Assembly: GCA_965222225.1 (NCBI GenBank)
Contig: CBDCTK010000002.1
Coordinates: forward strand, 4,480,001-4,544,000
Reading direction: 5' to 3'
Length of the DNA stretch: 64,000 bases
From: Candidatus Poribacteria bacterium
Lineage (GTDB): Bacteria > Poribacteria > WGA-4E > JAJDTR01
The notes beneath the pieces are model-generated. The model did no database searches. It saw only the letters and a program-made list of their open reading frames with translations, and was not told the origin of the DNA. Positions within the stretch are counted from its first letter, which is position 1, and every line of letters begins with the position of its first letter. A program made the translations under genes and the position numbers. Of this stretch, positions 52,001 to 62,049 are shown piece after piece.

Positions 52001-52586
52001 TTTCGGATACCTTGCCGTCAACGCTTATGCGTAACTCCCGGTTCTGAGATAGCGATCGATTGCTTCCAACAGAAATTCCGAATCTCTGTGATCCCGTAAC
52101 ATGCAGTTGCGATGGCGCCGTAGCCGGTCTGTCCAGGGTTCTCCTAGGCAATGATGTATCTCGGTCAGTGCCGGTACCCGCCTTTTCACGCGGTGCTTCC
52201 CGATGGAAAAGATCTCGTTGGTACTGTTTCTTGATAGCGAAGGGAAAGGTTTGGTAGGTAATCTCAAGGAGCGCGTCTTTGGCGAAATCGCGTTGGAGGG
52301 TGATTGCGCCTTCGCGGTAGTCAATCTGGTAATCAATTCCCCGCACAAGTGTCTCGCCATCAACTTTCAGCGTTTCACTGTTTCTGATAATGGGTAGGTA
52401 TTTCAGAGCAATTGGTGTCGGAAGGTCATTGAGTTGGTATTTCTCCGATTTGTGGAGCAGGGAGATGACCGGGAGTTCGAACTGACTCGCTTCATCTCCT
52501 GCCGGATCTGCCTTATCCGCGGCGTGAAGCGTAGAATTGAGTATTACGAATAGAAACAAACTCGGTATTGCCAGAAGTTTCCACAT
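49062..52586 (-). CDS. Large secreted/outer-membrane beta-rich protein of unknown function
   Basis: Signal peptide, alternating beta-strand pattern, two LVRGIDYQIDY/RRGKNNDYVI-type motifs. Confidence 0.7.
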   Translation of the reverse strand: MWKLLAIPSLFLFVILNSTLHAADKADPAGDEASQFELPVISLLHKSEKYQLNDLPTPIALKYLPIIRNSETLKVDGETLVRGIDYQIDYREGAITLQRDFAKDALLEITYQTFPFAIKKQYQRDLFHREAPREKAGTGTDRDTSLPRRTLDRPATAPSQLHVTGSQRFGISVGSNRSLSQNRELRISVDGKVSENVSVIASLSDQDLPIQASGTTEDIQDIDQKLIRITSPNVTATLGDYEGSLGNSEFIFFPRALEGVQVEGDFKWGKFHLIPSSIPKGQSTSKVIRGEEGRSEYRIDADGEFVVVKAGSDIVWLNGERMRRGKNNDYVIREYGDPTIEFTNKHLITSNDVIRVDFEFIPEDRAYQRNLYGASGSLNLPGDRVTLGAAYAVESDLDNIENAFIVISDQDLIDFRRNELDPDGDGKPLIPPEKHSVWGLDGALNLSDQTSLTGEVAFSALDKNTFSDLDSKVISRAWKLLALSSYEKIRLNLDVRSLDADFVPVGASSTNRSRFQYEEQYKQERFDDLYLLEGRAPRQSSDERSLDFDLQFKPFTWLGFNSGLGRTEERFRATAPASAKSEGDGVNDSESVPRTPGDDITIRDNLNWAVDFSPLKIPRLKWNVRRSASKIRGTDQFRKENQQWNLVHRLRALNLSAATEQLESLDLDYTDGANLNRRRNISTGRMDVVNFKWASPNSLYSIEKSFGKEDLLTVDGETLAFSDWKLQTTARTWTVGFFSQPRKWANLTSNISRRVFEARHKLNNDVTTQLADISVRLTPFNRALYGEITYELDKKLATERREIYSNINPFTGREIEPGEGFYVKIDDLHYREDSEEGNYIKIIQNVDDKPVSAIDAKLRLRFRPRQIFSRRRRAGRFSTSKIGILPTDSKLPPRDGSKRLGEESPEHTTALEWLAEAISGEIRFDLREEQEEADSASLYLLRDLRNDRTLFGQERQRYQLKFSPSTTLNLNLNYNRSQTLNRRVNNRERWRSNRDWDINLTLNPTRRISFVGRWEQRREQEQFSQLANEAETSNRISDLVQFERRREIDFRYEFNRALRLSLTGGYETTSDLEKLADEPEAHTRTLSIENRLIYSLIRKGRIDFNYRLGFGDSTGGIPFTRYHFHEGLSHEIRANAEYKVRKVTDLLLRFKYRLLSTKQEAPEHRIEMEMVAEL

Positions 52587-52799
52587 ATAAGCGCATCCAG
52601 ATCGGCTTGCTACGTGAATCTACAAATAATTACGGTGAAATGAATCTTCAGCAGTCTTCACGTAATATTGTCCTTATTTGTTACAGATTGTCCTCCTTTC
52701 TTCAAGGATTTCAATTTCCGTTGATGTGGTCCGTGTTTCTCAATCGAAAGTATTCCGAGACCAAAGTTATTATGCGTTGTATTTTCCAGTTGGCATTCC

Positions 52800-53471
52800 T
52801 CAAACGGGCGGAATGCACTCGGGCGAGTCATTTTTTGGTTGGTTCACCAGGCGCGAGACCGCAAAATTCTCCATCTCCTCTGCGGGATAGGACGTGAGAA
52901 GGTGATTCAGCGTAGCGGGATCACATTCGACCGGGGCCAGCCACAGGTCATACGCGTCTTGGTCCAAGATAACCGGCATTCGGTGGTGAATTGGCTCCAA
53001 CATTTCGTTTGCAGGACAGGTAATGATTGAGCACGACAGCACAGGTTCAACTTCGCCCTGCGGTCGTCAAGCTTCCCAAAGCCCGGCAAAGGCAAAAGGT
53101 TGCTCCGACGCCATCCGGATGTAAAACGGTGTCTTGGCACTTCCACCGGGCTCTTTTCGCCATTCGTAATAACCATCGACAAGGACGAGACAGCGACGAC
53201 ATTTGTAGGCGTTTCGGATCGAAGGTTTTTCGGAAAGCGTCTCTGCTCGTGCATTTATCATTCGGTTACCGATTTTCGGGTCTTTTGCCCATGGTGGAAT
53301 GAGTCCTGAACGGAAGAATTCGATTCATTCAATGCCGTTGTTCGGCACAACAGCGACAGGCTGTGTTGGGGCAATGTTGTAACGTGGCGTGAAGGCGTCG
53401 GACACCTCGAATTCGAGGAGGAATCTTATAAAGTTCATTGGGTCGGTTGCGAAGGTGAATCTGCCGCACAT
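52800..53471 (-). pseudogene. SRAP/YedK SOS-response-associated peptidase with two in-frame TGA stops
   Basis: MCGRF, RYNIAPTQ, INARAET, DGYYEW, IHHRMPVIL in one frame; stops at 53325-53327 and 53067-53069. Confidence 0.88.
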
Positions 53472-53500
53472 AATTGTCTCCTAGTTGCAGAATGGAACCG

Positions 53501-53795
53501 ATTTAAGAGTCTGTTTGAATAAAAGATGACAAAGCCATTCTTGGACATTCGAGTTGTTATTACCTGTGGGTTCTCTATCGCGCTCCGTGTTCAGTTACTC
53601 AATCCTGCTTTGTAGCACCGAGCTGTGTGCGCGATCCCGGAACTATATTGCGCTAGGAGGTCGCAATCGGGACATCGTTCCTACAGTAGGTCGTAGTAGC
53701 GCAATTCATTAAGCGTCCGGCTCATCGTTCAATCGTTGTACGTTGCTTGCCATGTTGTTTAGTGTAGAAACGGGCATTAAACTACTCCACTACGA
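53501..53795. repeat. Inverted MITE-A end plus REP mosaic with a degenerate unit
   Basis: TAAGAGTCTGTTTGAATAA...CAAAGCCAT; unit at 53568-53604; several GTAG/CTAC hairpins. Confidence 0.65.
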
Positions 53796-53821
53796 ATCTT
53801 AGGTATTCAACTGCGTAGGTA

Positions 53822-55864
53822 CTAACTCTCGTCGCGGAGGAGGCGCCGCATAATCTTGTTGGATGCTGTTCGAGGCAATGAATCACGAATCACCACATCG
53901 TGGATTTTGAAAAGAGGGTTGAGTTGTTCGCGGATCGCCACTCGTAGAGCAGCACTTAACGAAGCTTTATCTGGATATGCCTCTGGCAGCAAGACGGCGT
54001 GAATTATCAACTGACTTGGTCCTCCATCTTTGGGAGACACAGCCATGGCTGCGGTCTCACGAACGCCGCTCACGGTATTGAGAACCTGTTCAATCTCCGC
54101 CGAGCTGACTTTAATCCCATTTAAGTTCATCGTATCATCCACGCGACCATGAACCCGGTAGAATCCACCAGCCAAGCGTTCAACCTGGTCTCCGTGACGG
54201 CGAAGCGGCTCAGTATTAGGAATAGTCGGAGTTCCTTCAAAATAGACCTCGTGGTGGTCGCTGCCCAATAACTCTGTCGAGAGACCCATGGACGGTGGGA
54301 TGAGAAAAACTTCTCCGTTGTCAGTGTGGTTTCCCTCCGCGTCAAGAATGACAAGGTCGGAGCCCAATGCAGGCGTCGTAAACGTGGCTGGCGCAGCGGG
54401 CTGTATGAGTGTGCCTGTGATATAGCCGCCGCCGATTTCCGTTCCTCCACAATACTCGATTATTGGCCGATATTCCGCTAACGACATCAGAAATAGCATA
54501 TCCTCCCGATTGGAACATTCGCCGGTTGAACTGAAGGCTTTTATCTTGCGCCAATCAAGACCCTTCATACATTCCGTATTTTTCCACGCCCTGACCAAGC
54601 TTGGCACAACCCCAAGCATCGTGACACCGGCATCCTGTACAAACTCGCCAAACTCTCTGTCCGTTGGTAAGCCGTCATATAGAGCCATCGTTGCTTTGTT
54701 GATTAGACTTGCGTAGATTAGCCAAGGTCCCATCATCCAACCGAGATTGGTGGGCCAAGCCAATACATCTCCGGGCTTAATATCGTGATGTAAGTAAGCG
54801 TCTAGCGCACATTTGATGGGCGTTGTATGCGTCCAAGGTATGGCTTTAGGCGTTCCAGTAGTTCCGGAGGAGAACAGGATGTTCGTATGTCCATGCGGGT
54901 GACAGGCGACCGAGTTAAATTCGTCCCTATCACTTAGAAACTGTTCCCAAGTCAAATCCCGCGGTCGCAATTCGAGCGGCAATGTCGATTCTTCGCTAGC
55001 ACACAGAACGACAGCTTTCGGCGCGCCGGCAGCAATTACCTTAGAATATAGCGGCAACTGCGTGTCGCCACGAAAAATGACATCTTGAGTAAAAACTGCT
55101 TTTGTATCCGCAATTTTGAGACGGGTTTCTATCTCGTGCGGCGCAAAGCTATCGGCAACCGAAACTACCGTGCATCCCGCTTTGATGATTCCCAAATAGA
55201 TGGCAACCGATTCAGGCGTCATCGGCATGTCAACCGCGATAGAATCGCCTGCCGTGAATCTGGCGTCCACTAGTGAATTGGCGACCCGATTTGACATAGA
55301 ATCAAGTTCGTTGTAGGTTAATGTTGAGAGCGGCGTTCTTTCCGATTTTGAGACGATTGCGGGGGCATTCCCCAATGCCCTGAAGCAACTGTCCGCGATA
55401 TTCAACGCAGCTCCCGCGAGCCACTGCGGAGATTCTGCATTGCAGGACAATTCTACAACTGCCTCGAAGGGCTTGCTGAACCGAATTTCCAACCTATCTA
55501 CCATTAGTTCAAAGAAACTAGCGCGATTCTCGACCGACCATACGTGGAAATCTCCGTAAGACTCAATGCCCAATTCCCTCATCAATCCGGTAATATTTGC
55601 CCGTTGAACCTGTTCATCAGAGGGAAACCAAGCTGGGGCGGGCCCATCGTGTGATGTATTCCAGTCGGAAAAGGCGCACTCATGCAATAGCTTGTGGAGG
55701 ACAAATGGATGGGAAGGCGTCAAGACTTCATCGGTGATTCGTTTCCAGCATTGCGAGGGTGGCAGCGATTGGAGCAGGGGATTTACTTGCTTTAGTATCT
55801 TGGACGCGCCGGATTTGTCTAACCCGCATTGACTAAGTTGATTAAGATTCAGTTGAGTAGCCAT
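53822..55864 (-). CDS. AMP-forming acyl-CoA synthetase (acetate/acetoacetate-CoA ligase-like)
   Basis: FSSGTTGTPK, YCGGTEIGG, GRVDD, LPRTASNK. Confidence 0.9.
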   Translation of the reverse strand: MATQLNLNQLSQCGLDKSGASKILKQVNPLLQSLPPSQCWKRITDEVLTPSHPFVLHKLLHECAFSDWNTSHDGPAPAWFPSDEQVQRANITGLMRELGIESYGDFHVWSVENRASFFELMVDRLEIRFSKPFEAVVELSCNAESPQWLAGAALNIADSCFRALGNAPAIVSKSERTPLSTLTYNELDSMSNRVANSLVDARFTAGDSIAVDMPMTPESVAIYLGIIKAGCTVVSVADSFAPHEIETRLKIADTKAVFTQDVIFRGDTQLPLYSKVIAAGAPKAVVLCASEESTLPLELRPRDLTWEQFLSDRDEFNSVACHPHGHTNILFSSGTTGTPKAIPWTHTTPIKCALDAYLHHDIKPGDVLAWPTNLGWMMGPWLIYASLINKATMALYDGLPTDREFGEFVQDAGVTMLGVVPSLVRAWKNTECMKGLDWRKIKAFSSTGECSNREDMLFLMSLAEYRPIIEYCGGTEIGGGYITGTLIQPAAPATFTTPALGSDLVILDAEGNHTDNGEVFLIPPSMGLSTELLGSDHHEVYFEGTPTIPNTEPLRRHGDQVERLAGGFYRVHGRVDDTMNLNGIKVSSAEIEQVLNTVSGVRETAAMAVSPKDGGPSQLIIHAVLLPEAYPDKASLSAALRVAIREQLNPLFKIHDVVIRDSLPRTASNKIMRRLLRDES

Positions 55865-55945
55865 GTGAAGCGCTTCTGGTCTTGTTGGTCTATCGACGTT
55901 CTAGAACGAGAAGAGATTGTACTAAATGTGGGTGTCTTCGTAAAT

Positions 55946-56722
55946 CTAACGTGCGGTCCAGCCCAGGTCAATCGCCCAATCGGCGCCGGTAATAACTCCC
56001 GCTTCCTCGGAGCAGAGGTAAACAACGAGCGAGGCAATCTCCTCCGGTCGAATAAGCCGCTTAATTGCCGCGGGCGCCAACATCACCTGTTCCAATACTT
56101 CATCGCGCGTGAGTTGATGTGTCTCTGCCTGATCGGCAATCTGTTCCTCAACCAAGGGTGTCTGCACATATCCTGGACAGATTGCATTCACGGTGATGCC
56201 GTGCGCTCCGCCTTCCAGTGCGGCAGAGCGGGTAAAACCGATTAACCCATGCTTTGCCGTAACGTAAGCGCTCTTGAAGGGGGATGCCACGCGCCCGTGA
56301 ATTGAAGAGATGTTGATAATTCGCCCCCAACCGTTGGCTTTCATCGCTTGCCAGACATGTTGGGTTAGTAGGAAAGGCGCGGTAAGCATGACGGCGATCA
56401 TTTTGTCCCAGATTTCCGGAGGAAAGGTTTCAATGGATTCAACATGTTGGAGACCGGCGTTGTTGACCAAAATGTCAACTCTACCGTGCCAATCCAAGGT
56501 TTCGGCGATTAGGCGTAGACAATCTTCGCGTTGAGACAAGTCGGCTTGGACGAATCGGGCATCTAATGCGTCAGCAGCAGCTTCACCACCCGCTTTGTCG
56601 ATGTCAGCCACAACCACTCGGTCGCCTCTTTGAGCCAGTGCTTGGGCAATTGAGCGCCCGATGCCACTCGCCGCCCCGGTGACGATCGCAACACTTTGAT
56701 CCATGTTTAGCCGTCCTGCCAT
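55946..56722 (-). CDS. bdhA: D-3-hydroxybutyrate dehydrogenase
   Basis: TGAASGIG, NNAGLQH, KSAYVTAKHG, CPGYVQTPLV. Confidence 0.88.
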   Translation of the reverse strand: MAGRLNMDQSVAIVTGAASGIGRSIAQALAQRGDRVVVADIDKAGGEAAADALDARFVQADLSQREDCLRLIAETLDWHGRVDILVNNAGLQHVESIETFPPEIWDKMIAVMLTAPFLLTQHVWQAMKANGWGRIINISSIHGRVASPFKSAYVTAKHGLIGFTRSAALEGGAHGITVNAICPGYVQTPLVEEQIADQAETHQLTRDEVLEQVMLAPAAIKRLIRPEEIASLVVYLCSEEAGVITGADWAIDLGWTAR

Positions 56723-56813
56723 CAGTTCCTATGCCGTTTCTTAAATCTTAACCTATTATGGTGTGTTGTTCAACTGGCAAATTTTGGCAGCAACCTCGTG
56801 TCGCGGATTCTTC

Positions 56814-56902
56814 GTAGGGATCCAACGAACGAATAGATCAACCGAGCGGATAGCAATCCCATAGTGATCTCGGTGCGATTGAAATCTCTCGTTGTTCCCT
56901 AC
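56814..56902 (+). repeat. REP interrupted by nested 36-nt units
   Basis: GTAGG[GATCCAACG...GATCAACCG...GAAATCTC]TCGTTGTTCCCTAC. Confidence 0.7.
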
Positions 56903-56918
56903 AGTACAGACAAATGAA

Positions 56919-56947
56919 TTGACATCATTTGATTCACTTGTTAAAAT
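56919..56947 (+). promoter_or_regulatory. Predicted sigma70 promoter of the nusB cluster
   Basis: TTGACA-17 nt-TAAAAT with an extended TG. Confidence 0.65.
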
Positions 56948-57014
56948 TTAGTCGTTTGCGCCACGGCAGGAACTCACCTCATACGCGATTCATTGCAATC
57001 TAAAGAACGGGAAA

Positions 57015-57467
57015 ATGATGAGACTACGAACCAGAGCACGGGCATGTGCTCTCCAGATGTTATATCAAGCCGAGATGACACAGGATTCGATTGGCTATGT
57101 TCAGAAGCTTTTCTGGCAATCGGAAAATGCGCCCGAGCATGTGCGAGAATTCGCTAATCCTCTCGTCGAAGGTACGTTTGAACATCGGGCGACGATTGAT
57201 TCGGCAATACGGTCTACCGCCGACAACTGGACGCTTGAACGCATGCCGATCGTGGATCTCTGTATTCTGCGCAGCGCTACTTATGAGCTCCTTTATCTCG
57301 TTGATATACCCCCCGCTGTCTCAATTAACGAAGCGGTTGAACTTGCCAAGACTTATAGCACTGACGATTCCCCGAAATTTGTAAATGGCGTTTTGGATCG
57401 AATCAAGGAGATTGCGTCGACGATGACCGGATGGGAACACCTGCGAACCAGTGGAGGCAATAGTTGA
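57015..57467 (+). CDS. nusB: Transcription antitermination factor NusB
   Basis: [30 protein letters not shown]. Confidence 0.96.
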   Translation: MMRLRTRARACALQMLYQAEMTQDSIGYVQKLFWQSENAPEHVREFANPLVEGTFEHRATIDSAIRSTADNWTLERMPIVDLCILRSATYELLYLVDIPPAVSINEAVELAKTYSTDDSPKFVNGVLDRIKEIASTMTGWEHLRTSGGNS

Positions 57468-59251
57468 CGCAATTCCGACAATTCCTGATTGGTGTTCTAA
57501 TTCTAGCAATGCCTGTTGCCGTACACGCTCACCGAGAAATCAAATTCATTCAAGAGTTCGGAGGAAAAGGGGAACAGGGAGGTCAGTTCGCCGAGAACGT
57601 GTATATCGCTTTCGATAGAGAAGGCGGAATCTATATTACGGACACCGACAATTTCAGGATCCAAAAGCTCAACCCCAAAGGGCAACTTCAGTTTGAGATC
57701 CAAACAAGCGCGGAACAGTTTTCGCTCATCAACCCTACGGATATTGCTGTCGGGAAAGATGGCACAATTTACGTGGTGGACTGGATTCTCACTCCGATTG
57801 AGGGAACAAATAATCCGAAAATCTTCAACTATGGCCCCTGTGTCCACCGATTTGATGCGGAGGGCACGTTTGTCGCCAGTTATCCGATTCAAAATCTCTC
57901 TCAGCGGATAGCGCCACTTGAGTCCGCCGTGCCGGGCATTGATGCGGAGGGGAATTATGCACTTATCATTCCTCAAGGGGACACCCAACGCTCCTTTCTA
58001 CTCACGGTTGATCGAAACGGAGCCATCTATGTTTTAGATACCGGGGTTATCCATAAACTCGACGCTAATGGTCGTACCATTGCGACCTACCCGATGTCTC
58101 AACCCAAGGTCGGACAAGTGACTAAGGCGGTAGATATGACGGTGGACGGGGATGGGAATCTCTACCTCGTTGACAAAGCCGCCCATCGTGTCCTGAAGTA
58201 TGATTCCGACGGGAACTACCTAACAGCGTTTGGTCAATACGGCGATCGGGCAGGACAGTTTGTCTCGCCATTCCTCATTTTTGCCCGAGACGACGGAGCG
58301 ATTCTGATTGCCGATAGCGCCAAATATAAACTAGACTACAAGTCGGATTTGCCAAGGAGGCAGCACGATCCGTTTCAATTTGGGCGATTACCGTACCGCG
58401 TATTTCGGACTCGGATGCGCAGAGTTCAGCGGTTCACGCCGGATGGTGAATATAAAGAGAAAACCCTAATCCGATTCGGCAGAGAAAACGAGTTGCACAC
58501 CCATCTGAAACTGAAAGCGATTGATTACAGTGGGAATTTGTACTTCCTCGACACGGAGAGCCTACAATTCAGAAAGTTTACTTCTATCGGTGGGCTTGTT
58601 CCGTCCGCATTTGATGTGGAAGCCAAATTTGGCTACACGTTCGAGATTCATGACGCGGAGATTGATAATCAGGACGATCTTGACGCCGACCTTTATAGCG
58701 GCGCCGATTTTGACGAGCGCCTCGTGCTGAACGAGGCGAACACCAAACTCAAGCTCGCCTACCTTGTGAATGAGGACCTCCGCTGCTCAATCTCCAATAC
58801 CTTGGCTTACCTGTGGATGTCGGACAAAAGTTTCTATCGTGCGCGAGAGTTTGAGGATTTTCGCGGGAGTTTCAATCAGGATGACGAATCCAAACAGACA
58901 TTTTGGGATGATCGGATTCAGGTTGACCTGATTGTGACGCGCGATCATCGTCCGTACCATTACAGGGAGGCTAAGGGGTTCCTTTACCTGAATGTCATAC
59001 GCAACGATTACATAAACGCCGCACTCAGCTTATCCAACAATAGGCGCTTTGATTTTCAAGCACGGATTTCGGACTGGGGCGGCGGCATTTATTACGATCT
59101 GAGCAGGGCGTTTCGGCTTCAGTTTGAGGTCAACCATTTCTTCGGCTATAACACCTATACATATATTGATGAGACAAAAATTTTGTACGCAACCGGGTTC
59201 GTGGAAAGTGATTATACGTTGGCACTCTTGACAGTTGATGGCAGGTTTTGA
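57464..59251 (+). CDS. Secreted NHL-repeat protein with a C-terminal beta-barrel-like region
   Basis: [35 protein letters not shown]; terminal Phe. Confidence 0.75.
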   Translation: MTQFRQFLIGVLILAMPVAVHAHREIKFIQEFGGKGEQGGQFAENVYIAFDREGGIYITDTDNFRIQKLNPKGQLQFEIQTSAEQFSLINPTDIAVGKDGTIYVVDWILTPIEGTNNPKIFNYGPCVHRFDAEGTFVASYPIQNLSQRIAPLESAVPGIDAEGNYALIIPQGDTQRSFLLTVDRNGAIYVLDTGVIHKLDANGRTIATYPMSQPKVGQVTKAVDMTVDGDGNLYLVDKAAHRVLKYDSDGNYLTAFGQYGDRAGQFVSPFLIFARDDGAILIADSAKYKLDYKSDLPRRQHDPFQFGRLPYRVFRTRMRRVQRFTPDGEYKEKTLIRFGRENELHTHLKLKAIDYSGNLYFLDTESLQFRKFTSIGGLVPSAFDVEAKFGYTFEIHDAEIDNQDDLDADLYSGADFDERLVLNEANTKLKLAYLVNEDLRCSISNTLAYLWMSDKSFYRAREFEDFRGSFNQDDESKQTFWDDRIQVDLIVTRDHRPYHYREAKGFLYLNVIRNDYINAALSLSNNRRFDFQARISDWGGGIYYDLSRAFRLQFEVNHFFGYNTYTYIDETKILYATGFVESDYTLALLTVDGRF

Positions 59252-59276
59252 TGCCTCCCATCGGAAGGAGAAATTC

Positions 59277-60023
59277 ATGAGTCAATTCGTCGCTGATTTT
59301 GAAGCCTATATACCCACCGAGTTTAACGGAAAACCGTACGGAAAGCCCGGTGTTCTGTCCACGATGGATGAGGCAGGTATTGATACTAGCGTGGTCTTCA
59401 TGGGCGGCTTGCCAAACGATCCGCGAGAGGGCAACGCGGAGCTACTGAGGGAGGTCAAAGGCGAGGCACGGATTCTTCCCGGCGCTCTCATCAATCCCAC
59501 GATGGGGCCTCTTGCAACCGACGACCTGAAGCGATGCGTCGATCGGGGGGCGCGGACAGCTAAGTTAATGGCTGCCGCTCACCGCTATCACCTTGATTCC
59601 GCCTGCGTCGATCCGATAATAGAACTCGCAGACTCACTTGGGATTCCCGCAACGATTCATTCGGGATCTCCCATGAGCGGGTGCTCACCGGAATTTATCG
59701 GGACGCTCGCCAAACGTCATCCGAATGTGGTAATCATCATGGATCACATGGGTTATCGCGAGTGGATTGGGCACGCCGTGCAGGCGGCAGTAGAGAATCC
59801 GCAGATTTATCTTGGCACCACGCTCATCGCGGCAGCGGAGCCGATTTCAGTTAAGGGTGTGGCGCACGGCGGGCAGGTCGGCGCTGATCGCATCGTATTC
59901 GGGTCAAACGCGCCGTCCGGCGTGGCTACGCACGGCGTCAACGGTATCCGAAATGTCAGGTTTACCGACGAAGAGGAGGCACTCATCCTAGGAGAGAATT
60001 TCAAGCGGATTTATGGAATCTGA
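59277..60023 (+). CDS. Amidohydrolase_2 family protein
   Basis: IHSG, IIMDHMG, RIVFGSN, ILGENF. Confidence 0.8.
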   Translation: MSQFVADFEAYIPTEFNGKPYGKPGVLSTMDEAGIDTSVVFMGGLPNDPREGNAELLREVKGEARILPGALINPTMGPLATDDLKRCVDRGARTAKLMAAAHRYHLDSACVDPIIELADSLGIPATIHSGSPMSGCSPEFIGTLAKRHPNVVIIMDHMGYREWIGHAVQAAVENPQIYLGTTLIAAAEPISVKGVAHGGQVGADRIVFGSNAPSGVATHGVNGIRNVRFTDEEEALILGENFKRIYGI

Positions 60024-60582
60024 AAGTCGCCGTATGAAGCAGTTGCGGGGCAAACCGCTCAAGGATTACTTGAAGCAGGTCGAACATCCCGGGACGGATC
60101 TTGTCATCGTATTGCAGGATGTGGAGGATCCGGTTAATGTTGGCGCTGCATTCCGAATTGCAGATGCCTGCGATGCGCGTGAACTCGCTTTGACAGGGAC
60201 GACTCCGGTTCCGCCCCATCCTTCGATTGCTGGCATCGGACGCGGAACGCATCGGCGCGTAAACTGGCGCTATTCGAATTCGGCGTCGGAGGCGATTCAA
60301 GGTTTCAAGGAACGCGGGTATACAAGCTGTGCCATAGAGGTTGCCTCGAACTCTTTACCCTACTACGAGGTTGAATATCCGGATAAAGTTTGCCTAATAC
60401 TGGGGAACGAATATTACGGGGTCGCAAAGCGAACAATTTCCGTCTGTGATATGGCGATTTATATCCCGATGTACGGGAAGGTGATGTCGCTGAATGTGCA
60501 CGTTGCGCTTGGGATTGCGGCGTATCATATTATTCATAGTGATCGGATGCGGGGACAACGACACGAGTTCCAGACGGAATGA
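60013..60582 (+). CDS. TrmH/SpoU RNA methyltransferase
   Basis: DPVNVGAAFR, LGNEYYGV, IPMYGKVMSLNV. Confidence 0.9.
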   Translation: MESESRRMKQLRGKPLKDYLKQVEHPGTDLVIVLQDVEDPVNVGAAFRIADACDARELALTGTTPVPPHPSIAGIGRGTHRRVNWRYSNSASEAIQGFKERGYTSCAIEVASNSLPYYEVEYPDKVCLILGNEYYGVAKRTISVCDMAIYIPMYGKVMSLNVHVALGIAAYHIIHSDRMRGQRHEFQTE

Positions 60583-60741
60583 TCCCTCTGAACAGGTTAT
60601 TTGGACACATTTTCCGCTTGACAAAATCAAAGAGAGATAGAATCATGTAATCCGTTTGCCACCACAATAACGGATACTGGTTTGTACAACAGGCTCATAC
60701 GTATGAATTAGTATTTTGAAACCCGATAAGGAGACTGCAAG

Positions 60742-61791
60742 TTGAAAATAAGCTACTGGCATTGTCTGGCACTAATCTCAATTGTCGTATTGATAATGAG
60801 TTCCACGGCGGTCCTTGCAGATGGTGGAAAAATTAGCGGCCTTTACTTCGGCGATTATTATTACATCGCCGCGCACCACAACGAGGAACGGAAATCGCGC
60901 AACGGATTCTGGACGCGCCGCGTATACCTGACGTACGATCAGAAGTTGAATGAGACGTTCTCGTCGCGCCTGCGTTTCGAAATGAATAGTCCAGACGGTT
61001 TGAAGGCGGACGCCGCCGGCAAGAATATTCCGTATGTGAAGGATGCGTATTTGAGAGTGTCACCGAAGGGCTCGTCGCACAGTATCTATCTGGGACGGTC
61101 TACTGCACCAACCTATGCAGTGTTGGTCAAACTCTGGGGTTATCGAGCAGTTGAGAAGTCCATGCCTAACTTGCAGAAGTATGGCAGTACGCGGGACTTG
61201 GGGATTGCAGTGAAGGGCAAAGTGCCAGGAGTGGACATACTGAGTTATCACGCGATGGTTGGCAACGGCGCAAGCACTGGCACGGAGACCAACAAAGGCA
61301 AAAAGGGGTACCTGTCAACAACGCTTAGGCCCTCCGGAGGCGTTATTGTTCAGGGGTATGTGGACTATGAGGCAAGGGAACTCGACATGAATCGCATGAC
61401 CTTTATGGGAATCGTGGGATACCAAAAGGAAAAATATAGGGTTGGTGCGCTGCTCGCCCACCAGATTCGAGGTCGGGCGGAAGGGAAGGATGATGAAAGG
61501 CTTCAGGGACTGTCCGTCTTTGGAGCTGCCGCTGTAAAACCCGACAAGATTTGGGTGTTTGGGCGCGTTGACAAGATGTTGAGCGTAAACTCCGCGGGGC
61601 CAAAATTCACGTATACGCCAATGAGCGGTTCCGCAAAGTCGAATACGCTCATTGCAGGACTCGATTACCGCCCGGCGAAGAACGTACACATCATACCGAA
61701 TGTGTTCATGGTCATCTACGATTCGCCCGAGGAGGGTGAGAAGCCGGACGCCGATCTGATGACGCGCGTGACACTCTACTATAAGTTCTAG
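60742..61791 (+). CDS. Outer-membrane porin-like protein (OprO/P-like)
   Basis: Signal peptide, GFWTRRVYL, VKDAYL, RDLGI, terminal YYKF. Confidence 0.65.
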   Translation: MKISYWHCLALISIVVLIMSSTAVLADGGKISGLYFGDYYYIAAHHNEERKSRNGFWTRRVYLTYDQKLNETFSSRLRFEMNSPDGLKADAAGKNIPYVKDAYLRVSPKGSSHSIYLGRSTAPTYAVLVKLWGYRAVEKSMPNLQKYGSTRDLGIAVKGKVPGVDILSYHAMVGNGASTGTETNKGKKGYLSTTLRPSGGVIVQGYVDYEARELDMNRMTFMGIVGYQKEKYRVGALLAHQIRGRAEGKDDERLQGLSVFGAAAVKPDKIWVFGRVDKMLSVNSAGPKFTYTPMSGSAKSNTLIAGLDYRPAKNVHIIPNVFMVIYDSPEEGEKPDADLMTRVTLYYKF

Positions 61792-61917
61792 TGAATGACA
61801 TTTTTGTGGGTAATACCATGTCTCTAAAATTCAGGCGCCTTGATTGCAGGAGTTAAGTAAAGGAATTTGTGCGGCGTGGAGTAAGATGCCTGTCGCCGCG
61901 CAAAGTCTGCGGGGCAA

Positions 61918-61968
61918 GGGGATCTCTATCAGGATTTACTATCGCCTTCGCTATTCGCTCAGTTGATC
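61918..61968 (-). repeat. Nested 36-nt units in a hairpin remnant
   Basis: GGGGATCTCTATC[AGGATTTACTATCGCCTTCGCTATTCGCTCAGTTGATC]CCCGTCTA. Confidence 0.7.
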
Positions 61969-62049
61969 CCCGTCTATGGAGAAAGAAATTGAATAATCAA
62001 AACATCTTATGCACTATTATTCAAACGAAATGGTATACGGAGAACTAGA

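Noticed and set aside
17732-53471. UGA recoding (in-frame TGAs in relE, twice in SRAP, and possibly at the PhyH end)
   Set aside because: Core genes such as atpA, atpF and moeA end in TGA; these sites lack SECIS hairpins and fit CGA/TGG point mutations. Only 41614 has Sec support
53807-53824. TCAACTGCGTAGGTACTA resembling the IS701 TIR
   Set aside because: Only a partial match, with no partner end or TSD found
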